A DNA stretch of 39,987 nucleotides. It comes from Octopus bimaculoides. Its lineage: Eukaryota. The stretch is taken from assembly GCF_001194135.2 (NCBI RefSeq), contig NC_068999.1, positions 29,030,971-29,070,957 of the forward strand. Direction: 5' to 3'. Under the pieces are notes generated by a model. It worked only from the letters and a program-made list of their open reading frames with translations, was not told the origin of the DNA and made no database searches. Position 1 is the first letter of the stretch, and each line of letters starts with the position of its first letter. This document shows, piece after piece, positions 24,917 through 36,269 of the stretch. A program made the position numbers and the translations under genes.

Positions 24917-25472
24917 ATTTGCCATTGATATGAAATGATATAAAACTAAATGCAGTAAAATAAAGATTAATTTATTTTGATTTATTTTCGCTTTGTTTCT
25001 TTTTTAATATATTGTGTTTTCAGTTCATTAGGGAAAAATATGTAAATGAATAATCAATAATAGATAATGATGTCAGTCCTTCATTTTTTATCTTTATTTC
25101 ACAGATGTTATCTAAGACGCATTTTTTATACATCCACTTCATAGAGGTAGATGTATAAGGATGCTTTAAAATACTACAATGAAACAATGAAAATTAAAAC
25201 CTGAAATTGTATTTAACTGATACACTTTCACAACTGAGTTTGTTTATTTCTTTCTTTGTACCAAATGCAAATGTTTCATTTTTGATTTCCTAGCAACAAT
25301 CTAATTTTCATTGGTCATTTAGAAATAATATTCAATGAAAATTGTAATTGGTTCAAATAAATCAAGTGTACAAATTAGAACAAGGTGGTCAAGTGGCAAA
25401 CTATTTTAGTTTGCCAGTTTTGAAACTGAACAGTTTGTTATTGTTTTATTTTGAGAAATAGTAGAAAATACA

Positions 25473-25507
<35 letters not shown>

Positions 25508-25569
25508 ATTCCTTGATTTATCCTTGTTGCATTGGCAGATAAACTTAGACTATGCATCACTGCTGTTTG

Positions 25570-26750
25570 TGGGTACAAAAATGAAAAAAAAAAACTAGCA
25601 AAATTCTGATGCATAACATTAGACACTAAATTGAAAGTTATTGAGATTTCAACCAACAAGCATATGAACAATTCGCAGTTATACTTAAAAAAAAATTGTA
25701 CTCAAAAGTGCAACACCTTTAACTGGTATAAGATTAACTTGGAATAGAACCAACATAATGGAAAGTATGAAAAACTTTCAGACATTTGGATAGAGAACAT
25801 GTATCAACATAATTCTTCATGTTCACTATATGTCTTACAAATCAAACCTTTAAGATGCTAAAAGTGAAAACTTCATGGAAATTCATGTTCGGTTTGAATG
25901 TTTCAAAAATTGTTCAAAATTGTATCATATACAGACAACAGGAATATGTTCAAGTGCTAACAAACAAGCTGCAGCTGCCTTCTCAGCTTTACCAAAAAAT
26001 ATTATTGATGAAGGAGGCTATCTACTGCAACAAATTTATAATGTAGAGGAGGCAGGTTTGTTTTGGAAATAAATGCTAAAATAAACTTACATTTCTAAAG
26101 AAATTCTGCCTGGTTTCAAGGCTGTCAAAGATGTAAAATTGAAACCACTAGTTGTTTATCATTCTGAAACACCAGCTACTATGAAAAGAGACTCTAAATC
26201 ATATCTTGTTATATGGCAATCAGATAAAAAGTGCAGATCACCAGAACAGTGTTTCAGAATTGGTTTAGTTTGTGTTTCTACCCAGATGTCATAGAAAGAT
26301 GTCAAACTAAAGAACCTAGAAAATAAAACCTTGCTTCTTGTGGACAGTACTCAAGGTCACCTATCCTGGATAAACTGATAATGCTCCAGTAACTTTTCTG
26401 CTTTCAAACACAAAAATATATGGATGAGTGCTACATTCAAAGCCTACTGTTTGTGGTCCACTTGCAAACAGTTAAATTCTTAGATAGGAAAACTAGACCA
26501 AAAGGAAATTAGGCATGGTCACCATATCACAAATACAATTAAAAATTTGACATGGCATGGTAATGAATGAAAACAACCATAATAGATTATGCCTGGAATC
26601 AATTCTATCCAAACTATATGATGAAGAACTGATCCAAAATTTTCATCAGGGGATTGTTGAGATAGCTGACCAGGTTGGATTTAATGAAATAAATCAAAAT
26701 GTAACGCAGCTACTTCACTCTCATAGTGAAATAATATCTAATTAGACAGC
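25570..26750 (+). mobile_element. Tigger/pogo-family transposase, decayed
   Basis: ITLDTKLKVIEI (psq HTH), NIIDEGGYLLQQIYNVEEAGLFWK, TYISKE, PGFKAVKD, KLKPLVVYHSE, LLVDSTQGH, ATFKAY, IADQVGF..LLHSHSE. Many stops and frameshifts; TIRs not identified. Confidence 0.88.
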
Positions 26751-26899
26751 ATATATGTGAAACTACACAAACTCAAACACACTTGCACATATATTTGAAA
26801 GTTATCGTTCAGTATTATAAAATAAATGTTGAGTAGATAATCAAGTAAGACATGGTTTGGAAAGTGAGGTGGTGAGCATGTGAAATGAAAGAAGAGTAA

Positions 26900-27530
26900 T
26901 GTTTGTTAGTGCTACTCCCAAACAGTGAAAGGAATCCAGAGTAGAGGGAGACCCAGAGAGACATGGTATGAGATGGTGAAGCATGACCTTCAAACGTTAG
27001 GCCTCACAGAGGCAATGACAAAAGACCAAGACCTCTGGAGATATGCTGTGACTGAGAAAACCCAACAAATAAAGTGAGTTCACAGCTGTAACCTACACAA
27101 GTGTTGCATAACCAACCCACTCAAAAGTACCTTGGATCGTAGGGTGACATGCTGTGCTTGAGGAGACCTATTGTGTCAACTACATCAAAATCAAAATCAA
27201 ATCAAATGGAAATTGTAGTTGTGCTGGTAGCACGTAAAAAGCACCATCCGAACATGGCCGATACGAGTGCTGCTTTGATTGGTTTCCATGCTGGTGGCAC
27301 GTAAAAAGCACCATCTGATCGTGGTCGATGCCAGCTCCTCTGGCCCCTGTGCTGGTGGCACATAAAAAGCACCCACTACACTCTCGGAGTGGTTGGCATT
27401 AGGAAGGGCATCCAGCTGTAGAAACACTACCAGATAAGATTGGGGCCTGGTGCAGCCTCCTGGCTTCCCAGACCCCAGTCGAACCGTCCAACCCATGCCA
27501 GCATGGAAAACGGTTGATGATGATGATGAT
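26900..27530 (+). mobile_element. RTE-clade LINE 3' end: coding tail, long 3' UTR with tandem units, (GAT)n tail
   Basis: RGRPRETWYEMVKHDLQTLGLTEAMTKDQDLWRYAV, then a UTR with three GTGCTGGTGGCACGTAAAAAGCACC-type units, AGGAAGGGCATCC and CATGCCAGCATGGAAAAC, ending (GAT)n at about 27515-27530. Confidence 0.82.
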
Positions 27531-27985
27531 TGTTGTATTTTGTCAAAACTAACTCCGTCAAATGTAAATAATGTACATAATTCCTCATCTCTTAAATATA
27601 GAACTGTAATAACTTTCCTCTATTATCAATGAGAAAACTACTAACTGATAACATTATCAAAATATATTGTAGTAAATTTGTATATATCTATACATGTGTA
27701 TATGCTACACATACAAACTGTGATATATACTGTATAAATTAACATGTAATGTACATAGATGTGTGTATGTACACTATTTTATAAAGCTGAAGTAACTTCA
27801 CAAACTGTTACTCAGAGTTTCAAGTTACCATATGTCAGATAGTTGTGATAGCACAAAATATTATTTTGTATCATTACAACTCTCTGATGAACAGTCATGT
27901 GAAACTCTGAGTAACATACAAACTGTAATACATTATATGTACTGTATATATGAACATGTAATGTATACAGATGTGTGTGTGTGTT

Positions 27986-28026
<41 letters not shown>

Positions 28027-28769
28027 AGAAATTATGATAACCATAGGTTTGTATCATTTGTTTCTTATGTACATCTCACTGTGGTGGTTGTTTGGACCCT
28101 ATGTATTGGATGTTCCAAGTTGAACCACAATATTATTATTATTCTGTATTGTCACAAATGTCTGATGAACAGTCGTACAAAGCTGTGAGTAACAGTTTGT
28201 GAAGATTATTTTTTTTTTGCTTTAATAAAATAGTACTTTACTCTGCCTTTAGTATTTGAGCACTATTTCTTCAAACTTGTCTTGCATCTTACGTGTGTGT
28301 GTGTGTGTGTATATATATGTGTGTGTGTATGTGTGTGTGTATATATATATGTGTGTGTGTGTATCTTTTAAATTTATTTACAGAAAACATTTTGAATATG
28401 CAAATAATGCTCCTCTTCCATTATGCCAGCCACAGTCTAATGATGCTGACTGGCAAACCAATTTTTGGGGTTGCATTGAGCTGTACTGATATAATGTAGG
28501 ATAAATATAGTAATAATAACAATATTCCTTGGATGGAATTTATAAACATTTAATGCATTGCCACACGTTTCCATAATCGTGTCTCTTAAGATCACAGTCC
28601 GTATTCCTGGGATGATTACAGTGTAGTCCATAGTATCCATGGGCATCAGGTAGATCATCTTTATGAATTCATTTCTTCAGGTAATGTAACATTAATATGA
28701 TGTCAAAGCAAGAGTACAAACACACACATACACACATGTATTCCTCTGTGTGTATGTATACACACACAG

Positions 28770-28850
28770 AACAGCCCACTTTCAGTTTACATCTGTCAAA
28801 TCCACTCTCAAGGTTTTGCTTGGGCTGTGGCTATAGTAGAAGACCCAATG
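28770..28850 (-). mobile_element. SINE family B fragment
   Basis: TTTCAGTTTACATCTGTCAAATCCACTCTCAAGG...GCTATAGTAGAAGAC. Confidence 0.7.
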
Positions 28851-29384
28851 TCATATATGATATATATGATATTATTTCAGTGGTTAATAGTGTGACCAGC
28901 TGTTTCTTATACTGGTCTATGAAATTGATAAATTATATAAAACAACTCAGTAAAAGACCAGAATGTTGTTTTGAAATTAATTAAAGTGATTCAGCTTCTC
29001 ACATTCTTTACATTTTGTTGATACCTGGTCCAACAGTTTTTGATTATTCAGTGCCATGTTAGAATGCTCCATTTTTAACATGTTTGGATTATATAAATGA
29101 GACTTGTATTGGACTCTTCTAGGAGGGCAATAACTCCAGATAAGAAGCATGGACAAGTGGATATAAAGTGTTGATGATGAATTTAAATACTGTCTTTATA
29201 TAGATACATTAAATTATAATTTATTCATGTAATGTATGGCTGTTCAATGTGAGAGACATTTTCATCATAAATAAGTTCCCTTTCTCAGTCTTTGCTCTAA
29301 CTTCTCATGACAAGGATGTTCTGGCTAGAAATTTTATCTAAATAGCAATTACAATAAAATTGACTAAATGTATATTTAGGCAGC

Positions 29385-29590
29385 TTCTATGTGGTCGTTT
29401 GACCTGTTAAAAGTAGCAACCAAGATCCCTTGAATCATACCCTACCACCTTAAAAGGAAAGGTATATTAGATAATGAGATCCTAGAATCACTATATCTGA
29501 AAATCTAGACAGATTAATCATGGTTGGGCTACCATTAATCATAGAATAGAGTTATTTGACCAGGGTTACCCTGTAGTTAAGCAACATCTA
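29385..29590 (+). mobile_element. Short interspersed repeat family D
   Basis: Similar to the reverse complement of 13908-14072. Confidence 0.5.
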
Positions 29591-30599
29591 CCATGTTAGT
29601 ATATTAGTTAGTTACCATGTTAGTTATATTCTCATACTAAAAACTGCTCTTCATTGTGGGATATATTTTGGAGTAACTGATCTTCCAGATCAGTTGCCTT
29701 TATCGAAGATTAATTACTGATGATTCTCTTGTTCACACCTCTAAGCAACATAGTAGTTAAAAAGAGTAACATATTTTCTGCATAGTTATTTAAAGTAACT
29801 GTTTTAAGGTAAATGCATTAAATTTTGTTTTTTCTGATTTCTTAAAGTAAAATTTAATATATTCTTTAGTTATATTCTTTTTCTGGACATATTACAACTT
29901 TTACTGTCAATAGCAACAACTCATTATTATTTCTCTGTCAATTTATCTATTACTTGGCTCTTCTTGTTACATAAGCTGTTGTCAATGCTTGTTTAAGGAA
30001 ATCTTCAGTCTGTCTTCTTTTGCATTTTTCCCTATATGTTGGGTAGCTTCAGTCAGCTTCTCTTTAATATACTTGATATACTGGATTTGTTGATCAAACA
30101 ATGCATTTCATTATTTTTAGTGTGACCATCTCACTTTCATTGTTAACGTTATCCAAAAATATATTTATTTACATAGGGAAGCTAGTGTGTTGAAGATTTA
30201 GCTGCTGCATTGTCATACCAAACTCCCTCACTTTGTTCATTACATATATTATTCCCTATAAATAATTATTTTTCATCTACACTGTGACCATCTTCATCTA
30301 ATTTGCTTTAAGTTATGATGCTGGTCTTTTACAATAATGTAGGTTAGGCCATTAAGTTTTTAGTTTGTCATATGAAAAAAAAAATGACTAGTACACCATT
30401 TGTTAATGTTCAGTTCTTTTGGAAGTGACTCTGTAACAACCATATATTTCAGTGTTATTAAGTTTATCAAACTTTATTTTCTACCTGTTTCATGTTTTCT
30501 CCTTAAATTTCCAATATTTACTTGGACCAAATTCTGAATCCTTGCCAAACTTTTTTTGCTTCAACCCTCATTACATGAATACACATATACACACATATA

Positions 30600-31850
30600 C
30601 AGGGGTTGGACAAAATAATGGAAACACCTAGCATCATAGCATCATAATTTTGAAATATCTATAAAGCTGTCAAAAGTTTGTTTATTTTTTATGTTTTTTG
30701 ATTTATTATTAGTGTTGCTTAGTATGTTTTGCTAAAATTGCTGTTTCTTTTCAGATACCATCAGAAAAAGGTAATTAAAATTCATTAAAATGGCAGATCT
30801 ATTGGACTTTCAAAGAGGTCATATTGCCATAGGAGGTGCTAGTGTAACAAAAACAGCCAAAATATTTGGTGTATCAAGAAGTACTGTCTTGAAAGTAATG
30901 ACAGCCTTTGAAAAAGAGGGAAAAATCTCCTCATTGAAACAAAACTCCAGAAGAAAACCAAAACTTTCGGATAGGGACCGTCGGACTCTTACGCGAATTG
31001 TTAGAAAGGATCACAAANNNNNNNNNNNNNNNNNNNNNNNNNNNNNNNNNNNNNNNNNNNNNNNNNNNNNNNNNNNNNNNNNNNNNNNNNNNNNNNNNNN
31101 NNNNNNNNNNNNNNNNNNNNNNNNNNNNNNNNNNNNNNNNNNNNNNNNNNNNNNNNNNNNNNNNNNNNNNNNNNNNNNNNNNNNNNNNNNNNNNNNNNNN
31201 NNNNNNNNNNNNNNNNNNNNNNNNNNNNNNNNNNNNNNNNNNNNNNNNNNNNNNNNNNNNNNNNNNNNNNNNNNNNNNNNNNNNNNNNNNNNNNNNNNNN
31301 NNNNNNNNNNNNNNNNNNNNNNNNNNNNNNNNNNNNNNNNNNNNNNNNNNNNNNNNNNNNNNNNNNNNNNACCGGCCCAATGGATTCCCTTCATGGCAAA
31401 ATTAATAGTCAAGACTATTTAAGCATTTTATCTGATCACATTCATCCTATGGTTGTGGAACTGTTTCCGGAGGGCAACGCAATCTTTCAGGATGATAATG
31501 CACCAATTCACACAGCTAAAGTTGTTACTGAATGGCACGAGGAACATTCTGGTGAAGTCGAACATCTTATCTGGCCACCACAGTTTCCAGATCTCTATAT
31601 TATTGAACATTTATGGTGCATTTTAGAAAAACAAGTAAGGAGTCGATATCCTCCAGCGTCATCACTACAAGAACTGGAGACTGTTTTAGCTGAAGAATGG
31701 ACAAAATTCCTTTGGAAACAATTCAAACTTTGTATGAATCCATACCTCATAGAATTCAAGCTGTAATTACTGCCAAAGGCAGTCCTACCCCATATTAAAA
31801 TAAATTTGTTTGAAATTTTAAGGTGTTTCCATTATTTTGTTCAAACCCTA
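30600..31850 (+). mobile_element. Tc1-superfamily transposon with DD36E spacing (Incomer-like), both TIRs present, middle hidden by a gap
   Basis: 30-bp TIRs at 30600-30629 and 31821-31850 (27/30 match), flanked by TA at 30598-30599 and 31851-31852. Transposase starts at 30790 (MADLLDFQRG...GASVTKTA), includes FQDDNAPIH...WPPQFPDLYIIEHLW, has a 1-nt frameshift near 31705 and a restored stop at 31796-31798. Confidence 0.93.
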
Positions 31851-32119
31851 TACATAGACTCTGTTGTCTATGTCAATAGAATTGTGGTCAAATTACCCAG
31901 TTCTATATAGAGAATATGGAAATATATGCCATATCACTCTAAACAACTTCCCTCAACTTTTTTCTAAAAGCAGTAGGAGGACAGGAAGGAGAGGTGGCCT
32001 TTCTAGACTGATGAGGTTGATATGGTCAATGTCGCAACTATAGATCAATATCTGTAAGACATTCCAAGCTGATTGGAGAAGAAGCAAGCTTTGGCTAATT
32101 GCCAGCAAATAATGTTCTT

Positions 32120-32335
32120 TCTTTAACTCCTGGGGTTAGTCTTTTACTTGTTTCAGTCATTTGACTGCAGCCATGCTGGAGCACGACCATAAACTATTTT
32201 AGTTGAAGAAATCGACCCCAGGACTTATTTTTTTGTAAGCCTAGTATTTATTCTATCGGTCTTTTTTGTTGAACCATTAAGTTACGGGGATATAAACACA
32301 CCAGCATCGGTTATCAAGCAATGGTGGTGGAGGGA

Positions 32336-32395
<60 letters not shown>

Positions 32396-32550
32396 ATGGG
32401 CTTCTTTTTTAATTTTCATCTACCAAGTTCACTCACAAGGCTTTGCTTGGCCTGAGCTATAGTAGATGACTCTTCCCCAAAGTGCTACACAGTGGGACTG
32501 AACCTGGAACCATGTGATTGAGAAGTAAGCTTCTTACCACAGACTTGCAT
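32120..32550 (-). mobile_element. Composite SINE (family B head + (CA)n + second module), inverted relative to 3206-3730
   Basis: CTTGTTTCAGTCATTTGACTGCAGCCATGCTG is the reverse complement of about 3680-3716, followed by (CA)n, then the reversed family B head. Confidence 0.8.
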
Positions 32551-33159
32551 TTCCAGACGGTTAAGCTCACCTATTGTTTTGTTTGAAAAGAGTAATACCC
32601 TAATAAAACAGAAAGCTGAAAGGTAATATTGCTTGTCCAGAAATCACCACCTTCGTTAGCTCTTCTCTGAAATAGATATGTTTGTTATTTTTCATAAATG
32701 TCCACAGACAAACAGGAGCATTTTCTTTTGGTTAACATGTTCTTAGTTTATTATTGTTATACTCTGTTTAAAACCTTGAGAAAAGAGATTTAAGGTGACA
32801 TCTTTATGGTGAAACAAACTTCCTTATGTTAATTAAATTGGTAAACTAACCTCATGAAATTACAGGCAACTGATAAATGAAAGATTATATCAATTTCCTC
32901 AACAGTTCAACTGCAACACTATTACTTCACGAAACAATGTATCCTTTCATCATTCTTGGAACAATAGAGTGGTAAAAATGGAAAAGTAACAGATAAAATA
33001 TTTTGTGGTATTTTGCCACAAATTTATGATTTGAGTTCAAATACTTCTGATATCAGCTGGCCTTTATTGAACCCACTAGGATCAATAAGTAAAATAACTA
33101 GGAGGTTGATCAAAAGAGATTACACTTCTCGTGGAGTTTTTGTTTTTTTTAGTTTTATT

Positions 33160-33238
33160 ACAAATTATTATTATTATGTAATTGACTAGTCCCTTCCCCC
33201 AAACTTTCAGGCCTTGTGCCTTTAGTAGAAAGGAATTC
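33160..33238 (+). mobile_element. SINE family A 3' fragment
   Basis: GACTAGTCCCTTCCCCCAAACTTTCAGGCCTTGTGCC resembles the family A tail. Confidence 0.5.
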
Positions 33239-33567
33239 ATTTACTAGTACTCTGTAGTTCATATTTAGATTGAGAAGATCATGTAGGATGTGTACAGTAC
33301 TGGTCACTACTAGTTTTTAAATTTCTTGAGAAGATGGTTCATTTGGGATATTGCTAAGATGTTTCTCGCATCAATATCATACTGAAGGCTCTATGATGAG
33401 TGAGACTGTTTTTGTTTTAAGATGCTATATCCTTTCAAGTTGGTGCAGTTTGTTGCATATTAGTGCTTTTTAGATTTTCCTAACTATCTAGTAATTTTGC
33501 TTATGTTCCTATTAAAACTGGGACTGCTAGGACTTTTATGGTATTTATTGTATATTTTGCACTCAGT

Positions 33568-33570
<3 letters not shown>

Positions 33571-33611
<41 letters not shown>

Positions 33612-34260
33612 TTATGTTTGACTTTTGCTTTGCATTTGTACAAGTTGGATCCAAGTCTCACCCAGAAACCTCAAGAGACAACAAGTTAGAAGTTCATGTA
33701 GGTGTTATGCCTAGGGTACCATATATTTGGATTTGTACAGTGTTGTTCTAGAGAATGTTTAAGAAGCCATAAGAAACTTATGTGTTTGTTTTAAAATTTG
33801 AGATCACATAGACAGTATTTTACGTAGGATATGGGCAGTTCCCATGAGCACTATCTTTTGAACTTCAGTCATTTTGGGGTTTCCTGGTATCTGAGCTAGG
33901 TAGCAATCAGCCCGTTTCGCTGTCATTCCCAGGGCACCTATGACAATAGGTATTGTTTTCATCTTCAGATTCCACATTTTGCTAATTTCTATTTCAAGAT
34001 CTTTATTTTGCTCAGTTTTTGGTAGTTCTTGACAGATCATTTTCAAGTACTGGGGGTAGTTTGTGTTCCCACCAGTTTTTATTATGGGGCAAGTCCAGGT
34101 TTTTGCAAATTACCCAGTGAATATATTGTGCAGCTCTGTCATGCCTGTTGAGATACTCTGTAGGCGCAAGCAAACTGCACATGGAGACAACATGATCGAT
34201 GGTCTCATTTTGTTGTTGGCATATACGACATAATGGGGAGCTGCTGTTCTTTAATATTAT
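33571..34260 (-). mobile_element. R4/Dong-clade LINE 3' end with internal deletion and (TAA)n tail
   Basis: Zinc knuckle CRICQQQNETIDHVVSMC (CX2CX8HX4C), TEYLNRHDRAAQYIHW, KDLEIEISKMW, TIPIVIGALG, QKIVLMGTAHILRKILSM* (stop at 33804). (ATT)n tracts at 33571-33611 and about 34255-34308. Confidence 0.88.
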
Positions 34261-34268
34261 TATTGTTG

Positions 34269-34307
<39 letters not shown>

Positions 34308-34312
<5 letters not shown>

Positions 34313-34520
34313 CGAGCTGGTAGAATCATTAGCATGCCAGGTGAAATGCGTAGAGGCATTTTGTCTATCTTCGTGTTCTGAGTTCAAATTCTGCCATGGT
34401 TGACTTTGCCTTTCATTCTTTTGGGGTTGATAAAATAAGTACCAGTTGAGTACTGGGGTTGGTGCAATCGACTTACCCCCTTCCCTGAAATTGCTGGCTT
34501 TGTGGCAAAATTTGAAATCA
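34308..34520 (+). mobile_element. tRNA-type SINE family A, near full length
   Basis: Head AGCGAGCTGGTAGAATCATTAGC, B-box-like GAGTTCAAATTC, then GACTTTGCCTTTCATTC..AAGTACCAGTT. Confidence 0.8.
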
Positions 34521-34544
34521 CCACTACTTACTACTACAATAAGA

Positions 34545-35520
34545 AAAGACTAAGATTAGGCACCTGGTACCTTAAATGTCATCAGGCACTCAACACTCTG
34601 CCAGTCAAGCATTATGATCAGTAGAAATATCGGAGGACTTTTGGGCTGGGAACTATCATGGATAACTTTAAGGATGTGTACAGTACTGGTCACTACTAGT
34701 TTTTAAATTTCCTGAGAAGATGGTTCATTTGGGATATTGCTAAGATGTTTCTCGCATCAATATCTACTGAGGAGCACTACGAGTTCAAGATAAACTCTAC
34801 AAGTATGGATGTGGCATCAAATGGTGCTGCCTGAGATGCACAGAGAGCAATGAAAACCTACTGCATGCATCGTTACAATGTCTGACCATCACTGACTTGT
34901 GGAGTTATATAGAACAGCTGTTTAGTATGCACGACAAATCCATTTATTGGCTGACTCCATTGTGAAGACCACCTTATCACCCACCTTTAACAAGACTAGG
35001 CAGGCGGTGTTTCTCTCTCTAGAGGCTATAGCAAAAATGGTTGTGTGGTAGATGAGGCTGAAAGGATTGAAGGCAGACACCTTCCTCTTTGGCCTAGCCC
35101 ACATCAACTTTAAATTCCTCTTGAAAAGGAAAGTGAAGGTGGAGAGGGACATGCCCTCTTTTAGCAAATTTGAAAGGTGAATGACCATAGCAAAAAATAG
35201 TTAGGGCGAATGAACCTACTCTAAGCTTGTGCCTGTATATAGGAGGATAACATTTGAGTGAGAGCTTGTACCTTTGGTGGTCATGGTGATTCTGGATCTT
35301 TGGAACTCCTTAATTGGCTCTAATTGAAGGTTCTCCTGTATCAGAAGGACTGCGTCATAGATATGTTCACATATTTTGTTTACTATGTATGCCGTTATTT
35401 CATTTCACCCTCTTCCTCTCTTTCTTATTCTCATCTTTTATGTAAACCCATACACAAATTGTAAACTGCCTTTGAATTGTGCCCCTTATCTGATGCCCAT
35501 ATGGCAAGTAAAAGAAATCA
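34545..35520 (+). mobile_element. L1/Tx1-group LINE 3' fragment, interrupted by a 94-bp insertion
   Basis: RRTFGLGTIMDNF / Y*GALRVQDKLYKYG, zinc knuckle CLRCTESNENLLHASLQC (CX2CX8HX4C), LWSYIEQL, AIAKMVVW, then a pyrimidine-rich 3' UTR. Confidence 0.72.
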
Positions 35521-35544
35521 TTATTATTTGTAGCAGTAAAGCTG

Positions 35545-35745
35545 TGAGATGGCAGAATCATTCCCACATCAGGAAAAAGTGCTTAGTAGCATCTCTTTTG
35601 ACTCTTTTATGTTTGGACTTCAAATTCTGCTGAGGTTAACTCTGCCTTTCATTCTTTTAAGTACCAGTTAAGCACTGGAGTCCATGTAATCAACTTATCT
35701 CCTCCTTTAAAATGGCTGGTCTTGTGCCAAAACTTTAAACCATTA
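35545..35745 (+). mobile_element. SINE family A, degenerate copy
   Basis: GATGGCAGAATCATT...TTCAAATTCTGCTGAGGTTAACTCTGCCTTTCATTC..AAGTACCAGTT...GTCTTGTGCCAAAA. Confidence 0.7.
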
Positions 35746-36269
35746 CTGTTGTTGATTAATAAATGTGATATCACTATCTTTATTCCATTGTTCATATTAC
35801 TTTATACTCTGCAATGAATGCATTATTCTTATAATTGATACATTTCCTGGATTTTCAGTTTGTAAAGAATATTTTTGGATTAAGTCCAGTTAATTCAAAA
35901 ATATTCTTTCCTCTCATGCGTCCTGTTAGCTAGGATTTCACATGGAATGCTGATTTCCTGAATTTCCTTTCTCTCTTACTATATTTTATATGTTTATCTA
36001 TTATACATACTAGTGCATGTCTCATTACTTTATGCCAAAATAAGTAATATTTTGCAGCTTCTCATATTAGAATATGATGGCATTTTTCCTCAAGTAGTTG
36101 CTCTCTTTCAGTTTTCTGTTGAAGCACATCTCATGCTACAGTTTTCAGTTTGTTCTTCTGAAAGTCTCTGAATTTCAGTGTCAATGATGGCGGATGTGAA
36201 AGGGTATTCAGGAGAAAGAGATGTTCAGTGGAAAATAAAGTGATATGGGATGACAATGTGAATGCAAAA

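Noticed and set aside
22240-27400. CRISPR-like repeat-spacer appearance of the ~25-bp units
   Set aside because: Eukaryotic retroelement UTR. The spacers are related to each other, the units are degenerate and no cas genes are present.
28437-28658. Minus-strand 73-aa ORF (MIYLMPMDTMDY...)
   Set aside because: No homology recognised. Canonical splice signals at this locus are on the plus strand.
32008-32046. Hammerhead-like string CTGATGAG...GCAAC-TATA-GATC
   Set aside because: GAAA is replaced by GCAA, stem I cannot be formed and there is no PLE context.
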